Shown here: in pieces, positions 48,466 to 56,471 of the stretch
Layout: each line of letters begins with the position of its first letter
Position numbering within the stretch: position 1 is the stretch's first letter
Assembly: GCA_964649705.1 (NCBI GenBank)
Contig: CAZYRM010000003.1
Location: 29,850-93,849 of the forward strand
From: an uncultured Planctomycetia bacterium
GTDB taxonomy: Bacteria; Planctomycetota; MHYJ01; WSZJ01; CAZYRM01
Direction of reading: 5' to 3'
DNA: 64,000 nucleotides
Position numbers and translations under genes: made by a program
Notes under the pieces: model-generated
What the model saw: only the letters and a program-made list of their open reading frames with translations
Database searches by the model: none
What the model was told of the DNA's origin: nothing

Positions 48466-49668
48466 GTGAGACGCTTCGCAGTCATCCTGTGGCTCGTCCT
48501 GCTCGCCCTGCCCGTCGCCGCCGAGGAGAAGGCCGACGTGGGCGTTTTCGACCAGGCCTGGGAGACGGTCCGCGACCGCTTCTACGACGACGACCTGCAC
48601 GGGCTCGACTGGGAGGGGATCCACGAGGACTACCTCCCGCTCGCCGAGGAGGCGGAGACGCCGGAGGAGCTCCACGCGGTGATCAACATGATGCTCGCTG
48701 AGCTGGCGGCGAGTCACCTGGTGCTGATGGAGAAGGAGGCGTACGACGTCCACATGGCCCCGGAGTTCACGGGGAAGAAGACGGTGCGCGCCGGGTTCGA
48801 GGCGATGGAGATGGAAGACGGGTTCTTCGTCGGAGGGGTGCTCGAGAAGGGGCCGGCGGAGAAGGCGGGGCTCAGGCTCGGGGACCGGATCGTGGAGATC
48901 AACGGCGAGTCGCCCGCGGACTGCGGCCTGCTGGTGGATGCGGGAGGCGATCCGGGCATCCCGGGCCACCCGCACTACTTCATCCACGCGGAGGAGGGCG
49001 AGACGATCGAGGTCACGGTGCAGCGGGAAGACGACGGGTCGGAGAGGACGTACCGCGTGAAGCCGGCGCCGTGCTCGATGGTCCAGGCCTCGCGGGACAG
49101 CATCCGGGTGATCGAGAAGGACGGGGTGAAGCTGGGGTACATCCACCTGTGGCACTACCTGTCGCCGTCGATCTCCTCCGCGCTCTCGGGGGCGATCCGG
49201 AAGGAATTCAAGGACTGCGACGGGCTGGTGCTGGACGTGCGGGGCCGTGGCGGGAACGTCATGGTGATCTACCAGGTCCTGGGGACGATCAAGCGGCGCT
49301 GGAAGAAGCCGGTGACGTGCCTGATCGACGAGAACAGCCGCTCGGCGAAGGAGATCTTCGCCTTCCAGTGGCGGAAGGACAAGCTGGGGCCGCTGGTCGG
49401 CCGCACGACGGCGGGCGCGGTGCTCGGGTGCACGTTCGAGCGGATGAAGGACGGATCGGTCCTCTTGATCCCCGTGACGGACGTGGGAAACCTCTCGCCT
49501 GGCGTGAAGCTGGAGGGGAAAGGCGTTTCGCCGGACATCGAGGTGCCGGGGGACTATCGGTACTGCGGAGGGGACGATCCGGTGATCGAGAAGGGGGTCG
49601 AGACGCTGCTCGAGATGATCAACGGGTCGTGGCTGGGATGGGCGGTCGAGTTGCGGCCGGCCGCATAG
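48466..49668 (+). CDS. S41 family C-terminal processing peptidase with PDZ domain
   Basis: Signal peptide, PDZ (GGVLEKGPAEKAGLRLGDRIVEING), catalytic Ser-Lys region (ENSRSAKEIFA). Confidence 0.8.
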   Translation: MRRFAVILWLVLLALPVAAEEKADVGVFDQAWETVRDRFYDDDLHGLDWEGIHEDYLPLAEEAETPEELHAVINMMLAELAASHLVLMEKEAYDVHMAPEFTGKKTVRAGFEAMEMEDGFFVGGVLEKGPAEKAGLRLGDRIVEINGESPADCGLLVDAGGDPGIPGHPHYFIHAEEGETIEVTVQREDDGSERTYRVKPAPCSMVQASRDSIRVIEKDGVKLGYIHLWHYLSPSISSALSGAIRKEFKDCDGLVLDVRGRGGNVMVIYQVLGTIKRRWKKPVTCLIDENSRSAKEIFAFQWRKDKLGPLVGRTTAGAVLGCTFERMKDGSVLLIPVTDVGNLSPGVKLEGKGVSPDIEVPGDYRYCGGDDPVIEKGVETLLEMINGSWLGWAVELRPAA

Positions 49669-49721
49669 CTGGACGGGCGGGGAGAGGCGTGGCAAGATGA
49701 GGCTCCCCACGAGGAGGGAGC

Positions 49722-49958
49722 ATGAAGTACCTGAAGACCGCGCAGTACGTCCCGGGCAAGGGCGAGGCGTGGATGTACTACGAGCTGGACGACCAGATGA
49801 CGGTCCAGCGGTACTGCACGCACATTCCGATGACGGGAGAGAGCGAGCACGTCGCGGACCCGATCATCAAGCAGCTCTTCCGGCCGGAGATGATGCAGAC
49901 CTCGACGGAAGCGGAGTTCGTCGAGCACTGGAACATCGCGCCTGGAGCGAAGGCGTAG
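49722..49958 (+). CDS. Small hypothetical protein (78 aa)
   Basis: ORF with RBS-like GGAGGGAG upstream. Confidence 0.4.
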   Translation: MKYLKTAQYVPGKGEAWMYYELDDQMTVQRYCTHIPMTGESEHVADPIIKQLFRPEMMQTSTEAEFVEHWNIAPGAKA

Positions 49959-50005
49959 TCCGACGTCGACGCGCCAGCAGCGTTGCCCTTGGGGGTCTGG
50001 CGGGC

Positions 50006-50054
50006 GAGGCCTCCATATCAGATATCTCATAGCAGATACCACATATCACATATC
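50006..50054. repeat. AT-rich element copy E (single arm = right arm of copy C)
   Basis: gaggcctcc atatcagatatctcatagcagataccacatatcacatatc vs copy C ggggcctcc atatcagatatgtcatagcagatatcacatatcagatatc. Confidence 0.7.
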
Positions 50055-50441
50055 TTCCGAGCCCGAGGCGGGAAGGGACTTCTTCGCCGTGGCGAGGGAC
50101 TTGGAAAAGACGAGCACGAGCTCCTGACACTCGCCGACGAGACGGTTCAGGCTCTTGGCTGTCACGTAGCCCGCCCGGGTCACCAGGCGTAGCCAGTAGA
50201 GCGACTCGCGAAGCTCCTTCAGGGCGATGTGGTACTTGTGGACGAAGTCGGCCTTGCTCTCCGCAGCCCGGGCCTCCTCGTAGTTCGCGCCAGGGGAAGT
50301 CGCCGATCGCAGGAGCTGGTCTCCGCAGTGCCGCGCCGCCTTCGAATGCGGCAGCGCCTCGACCAGCTTCAGCACCCGAACGGCGAACTCCACCAGCCGT
50401 TCGCTCAGCGCCTCAGCCATCCCGTCTCTCCACGTCGACAT
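50046..50441 (-). CDS. Four-helix-bundle protein (23S rRNA intervening-sequence protein family, PF05635/TIGR02436-like)
   Basis: 131 aa; family hallmarks ...ARHCGDQLLRSATS...NYEEA... and RESLYWLRL; flanked by inverted AT-rich repeats E and F. Confidence 0.75.
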   Translation of the reverse strand: MSTWRDGMAEALSERLVEFAVRVLKLVEALPHSKAARHCGDQLLRSATSPGANYEEARAAESKADFVHKYHIALKELRESLYWLRLVTRAGYVTAKSLNRLVGECQELVLVFSKSLATAKKSLPASGSEDM

Positions 50442-50452
50442 GTCGAACCCTC

Positions 50453-50508
50453 CTATGTGATCTGGGATATCTGATATGTGATATCTGATATGTGATATTG
50501 GATATGCG
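50453..50508. repeat. AT-rich element copy F (inverted relative to E)
   Basis: ctatgtgatctgggatatctgatatgtgatatctgatatgtgatattggatatg; reverse complement resembles copy E. Confidence 0.7.
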
Positions 50509-50511
50509 CCC

Positions 50512-51237
50512 CTATCCGGCCACGACAGCCACCAGGACCTCTTCCGCCCCAGCGGCCATCAGTGCTCGCGCACACGCGTCCGCCGTCCCTCCCGTCGTCA
50601 GCACATCGTCAATCAGCAGCACCCTCCCCGTAACGGTCCCCTCGACCCGAAACGCCCCCGCCGGACTCGCCCGCCGCTTCCTGACCGGCAACCGCGCCTG
50701 TCTCGCCGTCGCCCGAACCCGCCTCAGCACCCCTGCGACGAGCGGCCTCCCGAGGGCCTCCGCCACGATCACCCCGATCTCCTCCGCCTGGTTGTAGCCT
50801 CTCTCCCTCCGCCGTGCCCGGTGCAGCGGCACGGGCACGACGACGTCGACGCGCTCCTCCCACCGTCGCGCCAGGAGCGCCTGGGCGAGCCACTCTCCCA
50901 TCGGCCTCGCCAGGAGCGGCTTTCGCAGGAACTTGAGCTCGTGCACGGCCCGCCGCGCAACGCCCTCGTAGCGGACGGCGACGACAGCTCGGCGGAACGC
51001 GAACCGCCTCCCTCGGCACGCCCGGCATCGGCGCCGCGGCCTCCCCGGCGCGCCCCTCGGCTTCCCGCACCGCGGACATGCCTCCGCGCCCACCGCGCGG
51101 ACTGCCCCCTCGCAGGATCCGCACAGATCGACTCGGGCCGTCCCGACGAGCGGCGCATCGCACACGAGGCACGCCCGCGGCCATACAACGTCGATGAGCG
51201 CGCACCCGGCGCGCTCCAGCCACCTTCCGATCCCCAT
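50512..51237 (-). CDS. comF: ComF/GntX-family phosphoribosyltransferase-domain protein
   Basis: N-terminal double CxxC zinc ribbon (CLVCDAPL...CGSCEG...CPRCGKP), C-terminal PRTase motif VLLIDDVLTTGGT. Confidence 0.75.
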   Translation of the reverse strand: MGIGRWLERAGCALIDVVWPRACLVCDAPLVGTARVDLCGSCEGAVRAVGAEACPRCGKPRGAPGRPRRRCRACRGRRFAFRRAVVAVRYEGVARRAVHELKFLRKPLLARPMGEWLAQALLARRWEERVDVVVPVPLHRARRRERGYNQAEEIGVIVAEALGRPLVAGVLRRVRATARQARLPVRKRRASPAGAFRVEGTVTGRVLLIDDVLTTGGTADACARALMAAGAEEVLVAVVAG

Positions 51238-51932
51238 GGGAGGGGCCCTCCAAGCAGAAGAAGGGCACGGGGTCTGCCAGGATCGCGCTCCGGAGTAGCA
51301 TCCCGGAACCATCAGGCGGGTAGGGAGATGCGTACTTCGCCGGAAACCGCGTCCCCAGGCAAGTGGGGCGAATTCCAGCAAGCCGCAGATCGAGGTGCTG
51401 GATTCGACGACACTCGGCGCCAGGGCAGCGAACGACAGTCGCTCGTCCGAACTGCCCGGCAGGACTCGCGGCGTTCCGTCGCGTCCGACGCTATCCTATG
51501 GGTCCGATGGGTGCCCGAGCCCGAGATCCAGATCGCAAATCCCAGATCCCGGCGCGGTCGTTGTCCGCATCCCAAGGGGCGTCACCGTCCAGACGGGGAA
51601 TTCACCACAGAGGACGCCCGGAGGCCTCTGCAGCGGTGCCGTCGGTGAAGGACAACGCCGCGGCCGCCGCGTAGTACAAGCCCCATGGATGCGTCCGATC
51701 TCGCCTCCGTGCGTCCTCTGTGGTGAAAGCAGCGCCTTGATCGTCGCGCACGTGCGAGCCTGCCGCAAGCGACGCAAGCAGCGAGTCTGTCGTGGCTTCG
51801 TTCGTCCACGCCGAAACAACTGCGCGCCGCGCAGTCGTTGAGCGATAGGGATCTCGTTGGGATCGGGAATTCGGGATCTGGACCTCGGACGCGGGCGCCC
51901 GTCCGACCTCGTTGGTCAGGCTTGACGCGACC

Positions 51933-53843
51933 CTACCGTGTCCGATCGTGCAGGATTGCCCTGCAACGGGCGAAGTGCTCGGCCTGTCCGGGCGTGTATA
52001 GGGCGTCGCGGAGGTCCACGAGGTAGAAGTCCGCGTCGAGCACCTTGGCCCCGCGCAGGTCCGCTCCGCGGAGGTTCGCCTTGCGGATCTCCTCGGGCGA
52101 CTTGAAGTCCTGTTCGAGGTACTCGTCCGTGTAAAACCCCGTCTTGCTCCCCTCGCCGGCGATGACGCTGCCGACCAGCCCGCTCCGCGACGAGCCGAGG
52201 TGGAACGACGCGTGCCTGAGGTCGGCATTCCGCAGGTCGGCGCGCTCCCACTCGACGTTGGCCAGGCCTGCCTCCTTGAGGACGGCCCCGCGAAAGTCCG
52301 CGCCGGGCATCTTCGAGCCGGTGAGATAGCTCCCGGTCAGGTCTGCGCCGCGGAAGTTCGGCGCGTCGAGCTCCACCCCTTCCAGGTCGCATCTCGTCAG
52401 CGTGGCCTCCTCGAAGACCACGCCGTCCAGGCGGGCGAGGCGCAATTCGAGGTCTTCGATGATGGCTTCGCTCAGGTCGGCGCCATCGAGGTCCGCGCCC
52501 TTGATCTCGACCCGTGAGAGCCGACACTTCGAGAGATTCGCCCTGCGGAGCCTTGCCCGGACGAGGCTCGTCTGCGCGAACGTTGCGCCGTGCATGCATG
52601 CATCCTCGAGATTCGCCTCCGCCAGGCTGGTTTGGCGGAAGATGGCGAAGGCCATCTGGGCACCCTGGAGGTCGGCCCCGGTGAGGTCGACTTCGCGCCA
52701 CGTCGTCCCCTCGAGGCGTGCGCGCCCCAGGTGCGCACCGCACAGTCGCACGCCGAGGAGAATGGCTCGGGTCAGGTCGGCGTCCGTCAGGTCCGCACGA
52801 GAGAGGTCCGCCCGGGTGAGGTTCGCCTTTCGGAGGTCCATCCCGCCCCAGCGCGCATCGACGAGGTGTGCTCCGGCCAGGCAGAGGGGCCACCGACCCG
52901 ACGGACGCCAATCCGGGCGCGCCGCCAGGAGCAGGCTCGCCGCGATCGAATGTGCCTCCCGTCCGGGTCCTCTCACCAACTCCGCGAGGCGCCCCAGGGC
53001 GGCGGGACTCGTGCGAGCCAGCGCGGCCGCGTGGCGGACGAAATCGGCGGGGCACCTCTGCATCGCAAGGCGAATGGCCGGGCTCTTCTCATGCAACATC
53101 CGCAGGAGGCCCTCCGCCGCGAGGAGGATCCGGACGGGCCTATGGCGGAGCAAGTGCCGGATCGGCGGATCCCAGGGTCCGATCCCCTCTCCCAGATGGT
53201 GTACCAACGAGTCCGTCCGCCCCTGGATGTCGCCGAGGACCTCGGCGGTCAACTCGTTCCGCATGGGCCCCTCGGGGAGGAGCCGGTCGATTCCCCGCCG
53301 TAGCGCCGATACCACGTCGAGCACTGCGTCGTCCGCGGCCAGTTCTTCGAGCACGATGCGCCACAAGAGCGGAAGGCCGCGCAGCATCGGGAGGCGGTCC
53401 TTGTCCGACCTGACCCGTCGCATGACCGAGGCACAACGAGACCGATGTCTGGCGAGGAGGTACTCGATGGCCTCGTCGTCGGTCCACGGGGCCAACTCGA
53501 GCATGGCGAGCACGCGTCCCTTGGGAGGATCCGCCCCAGTGAACACGACGAGGCGACCGGAGAACTCGTCGGAGCTCCAGAGGGCCCACGGTTCGTCCAG
53601 GTACACGACGTGGCCGCCCGTCCCAAACGTCGCCGCGACGTGCCTGATAGCGACGCTCTTCCCGGATCCATGGTCTCCCACGATCGCGACGGCGCCGACG
53701 GCCTGCTCGTCGACGAACGGCCTGACGAGGTCCTCGATGGGCAGGACCTCCCCGTCCGCGCCCATCCTGGCGCGCGGCACGACGGGCGCCCGCTCCAGCG
53801 GGGCCGCCTGGCCGACCTGCGGTTCCGAGTCTAACGGATCCAC
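51933..53843 (-). CDS. P-loop NTPase fused to extended pentapeptide-repeat domain
   Basis: Walker A VGDHGSGKSV, Walker B-like VVYLDEP; C-terminal ~300 aa of A(D/N)L(x)x(A)xL pentapeptide repeats. Confidence 0.75.
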   Translation of the reverse strand: MDPLDSEPQVGQAAPLERAPVVPRARMGADGEVLPIEDLVRPFVDEQAVGAVAIVGDHGSGKSVAIRHVAATFGTGGHVVYLDEPWALWSSDEFSGRLVVFTGADPPKGRVLAMLELAPWTDDEAIEYLLARHRSRCASVMRRVRSDKDRLPMLRGLPLLWRIVLEELAADDAVLDVVSALRRGIDRLLPEGPMRNELTAEVLGDIQGRTDSLVHHLGEGIGPWDPPIRHLLRHRPVRILLAAEGLLRMLHEKSPAIRLAMQRCPADFVRHAAALARTSPAALGRLAELVRGPGREAHSIAASLLLAARPDWRPSGRWPLCLAGAHLVDARWGGMDLRKANLTRADLSRADLTDADLTRAILLGVRLCGAHLGRARLEGTTWREVDLTGADLQGAQMAFAIFRQTSLAEANLEDACMHGATFAQTSLVRARLRRANLSKCRLSRVEIKGADLDGADLSEAIIEDLELRLARLDGVVFEEATLTRCDLEGVELDAPNFRGADLTGSYLTGSKMPGADFRGAVLKEAGLANVEWERADLRNADLRHASFHLGSSRSGLVGSVIAGEGSKTGFYTDEYLEQDFKSPEEIRKANLRGADLRGAKVLDADFYLVDLRDALYTPGQAEHFARCRAILHDRTR

Positions 53844-54068
53844 GACCGGAGCAGGCTACCGCGTCGGGATCGTCCGCGTCGAGTGCCAATCTGTGCGCGG
53901 GCGGTCCCCCTGGCGTCCTTGGCGCCCTTGGCGGTTCCATGGAGACTCGGCCGACCCCGCGGCGAGGCCGCATCGCGGCGGCCGGCGATGCCCGTCCGAT
54001 CCTTGCGAGCGGGAGTCCCGAGGGCTACGATCCGCGCGCGCATTGCAACGGGGGAGAAAAGCAACGCA

Positions 54069-54458
54069 ATGGGCGGAAACCTCCGTCCGGTCGGAGCGGC
54101 AGCCGAGGACCTCGCCTGCGACTGGCTCGCGGGACGGGGCTACCGCGTCATCGAACGCAACTTCGGCACGCGGTCTGGCGAGGTGGACATCGTCGCAATG
54201 GACGCCGAAGTGCTCTGCTTCATCGAGGTCAAGGCCCTCCGCGACCCGCCCGACGACATGGTCCCCGAGATGGCCGTCACGGCACGGAAGCGGGGTCGGA
54301 TACTCAGGGCCGCGCGCGAGTACCTCGCGGACCGCCACATCCGCTCCGTCCCCTGCCGCTTCGACGTGGTGGGCATCATCTACCGCGGCGGCGTCCCCGA
54401 GGTCCGCCTCTCCAAGGCCGCCTTCGACGGCTCGAACCTCCCGCCCTCGATGCGGTAG
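54069..54458 (+). CDS. yraN: YraN-family (UPF0102) predicted endonuclease
   Basis: LAGRGYRVIERNFGTRSGEVDIVA...LCFIEVK motif of UPF0102. Confidence 0.75.
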   Translation: MGGNLRPVGAAAEDLACDWLAGRGYRVIERNFGTRSGEVDIVAMDAEVLCFIEVKALRDPPDDMVPEMAVTARKRGRILRAAREYLADRHIRSVPCRFDVVGIIYRGGVPEVRLSKAAFDGSNLPPSMR

Positions 54459-54470
54459 GACGGTGCGTCC

Positions 54471-54785
54471 GTGGACCCCTTCCCAAGCGGGAGGCCGATC
54501 GAGTATCATCCAGGTATCCAGAGGATGATCGCCGTGGGCAGCATCACCATCGACATTCCCGATGACACCTTCCGGGCCCTGAAGGTGGACCCCAGCGCTG
54601 TACCCGAGGTCATTCGGATGGCCGCCGCAGCCAAGATGTACGAGATTGGCCGCCTCTCCTCCGGCGCGGCCGCACGCCTGGCCGGGGTCCCTCGCTCGGT
54701 CTTCTTGATGAGGCTGGCCGACTACGGCGTGGATACGTTCCGCCTGACGGAGGAGGAACTGCGAGGAGAAGCACGGCTTGCCTGA
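54471..54785 (+). CDS. UPF0175-family antitoxin-like protein
   Basis: C-terminal ...YEIGRLSSGAAARLAGVPRSVFLMRLADYGVD matching UPF0175 consensus; start may be internal Met at 54525. Confidence 0.6.
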   Translation: MDPFPSGRPIEYHPGIQRMIAVGSITIDIPDDTFRALKVDPSAVPEVIRMAAAAKMYEIGRLSSGAAARLAGVPRSVFLMRLADYGVDTFRLTEEELRGEARLA

Positions 54786-55287
54786 GGTCATCTCTAACAC
54801 ATCGCCTCTGCAGTACCTCCATCAAGCCGGCCTCCTCTCATTGCTCCCCTCCATTGCCGGAACGATCGTCATCCCTCCCGCGGTCAGGGCAGAGCTCATG
54901 GAGGGGCGACTTCGGGGAGTCGACCTGCCGGACGTGGACACGCTCCCCTGGATCATCGTCCGTACGCCCGCCAGCACCCCCGCACTGCCGCTCGCAAGCG
55001 ACCTGGGAGCCGGGGAGGCCGAGGTGCTGGCACTCGCACTTGAGTCACCGGGAAGCGTCGTGGTCATGGACGACGCGCTGGGACGCCAGGTAGCACAGAC
55101 ATTGCGCATCCGGCTCTCGGGGACGCTTGGCTTGTTGTTGGACGCGAAGCGAAGGGGGCTGCTCCCAGCGGTCGGCCCCACACTCGACCGCCTCCAGGCC
55201 CTGAGGTTCCGTATCTCCAGGTCGACCCGGGAAGCGGTCCTTCGGATCGCAGGCGAGGAGCCCTTGCCACCTGCGTCACCAGCCTAG
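54778..55287 (+). CDS. DUF3368-family (PIN-like) toxin-like protein
   Basis: Overlaps UPF0175 gene by 8 bp; N-terminal ISNTSPLQYL typical of DUF3368. Confidence 0.6.
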   Translation: MPEVISNTSPLQYLHQAGLLSLLPSIAGTIVIPPAVRAELMEGRLRGVDLPDVDTLPWIIVRTPASTPALPLASDLGAGEAEVLALALESPGSVVVMDDALGRQVAQTLRIRLSGTLGLLLDAKRRGLLPAVGPTLDRLQALRFRISRSTREAVLRIAGEEPLPPASPA

Positions 55288-55374
55288 GCGAGCAGGCTCG
55301 GAGCCTGAGGGAGAACAGCCGGAGCAGACAGAAAGCGTAGGGCAGGCCGCTGGGCCCGAGACCACGGGAGTCGG

Positions 55375-56468
55375 CTACGCGCGCATCAGGATGATCTTGC
55401 GGCCGTCCGCGAGGAAGCTCCAGATCTTCTGCTGGAAGACGACGACGTCGAGGTTGTTGTACGTCTTCTTGAACTCCTTCAGCGGCAGCACGACCTCGGT
55501 GTGCTGGGCGGGGCTCTCCTTGATCTCCTTCGCGATCGCCTCCAGGTCGAAGTCCGAGAGGTCGATCTCGCGGCGATCGAACGTCTCCTGGAGCGGCAGC
55601 CTGTAGGCGTACCGCGCGATCTTGTCCGCTGTGCGGCGGTCCACGTCGAGGTCGACCAGGTAGTCCACCGTCTTCTTGATGAACTCCTCCTTGTTCGCGA
55701 CCTTTGCCAGCGGATTGTTGCGGTCGAAGGCCCCGATGTTCTTCTCCAGGAAGTGGAGGGCCCGCTTGATCTCCTCGCCGATCGTCGCCTGGAAGAACAT
55801 CGTCGACGTGCCCATCGCGCGGCCGCGCGCCTCCGCCTCCTGGCGGTAGTACGTCTCGAAGATGTCCACGAGCTTCGGGTCGAGCTGCGCGCCCGCGACC
55901 TGGCGGAGGATCGCGAAGGCGTCCTCCGGGGCCATCGCCTTGCGATACGCGCGGTCGCTCGTCAGGGCGTCGAACACGTCCGCGACCGCGATCACGCGCG
56001 CCTCCGTCGGGATCTCGTACCCCGAGATGCGCGCCTGCGGGTACCCCGAGCCGTCGAAGTGGATGTGGTGGCAGAGCACCCCCTCGATCTGGATGAACGG
56101 CGAGATGATCTCCACCCGCTTCGCGCCCGTCTCGACGTGGATCTTCACCTTTTCGTACTCGTCCGGGAGCAGCCGCCCCGGCTTGTTCAGCACCTCGTAC
56201 GGCACGTCGAGCTTCCCGTAGTCGTGCACGATCGCCGTGATCTCGAGCTTGTTCAGCCTCTCCTTGTTGAAGGTGGGGAGGCGGCTCGCGATGAGCTTCG
56301 CCCACTTCGCCACGCGGGTGCAGTGGTCCTTGATGTACGGGTCGTGCAGCTCGACCTGCAGCCGGGCCGTGTTGGCGATCTCGCGGATCGTGTCGAGCTT
56401 CGCGGACTCCAGGTCCTTCCGCAGCGTCTCGACCTCGCCCTCGAGCTTCTTGGACTTGTTCTCGAACA
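55375..56468 (-). CDS. HD-GYP domain c-di-GMP phosphodiesterase
   Basis: HD motif AIVHDYGK, HHIHFDGSGYP (HD-GYP signature), N-terminal coiled coil. Confidence 0.8.
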
Positions 56469-56471
56469 TCG

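Noticed and set aside
51395-51841. 148-aa ORF in the comF-NTPase intergenic region
   Set aside because: Arg/Pro/Ser-rich with no start context. The region is better explained as structured non-coding DNA.
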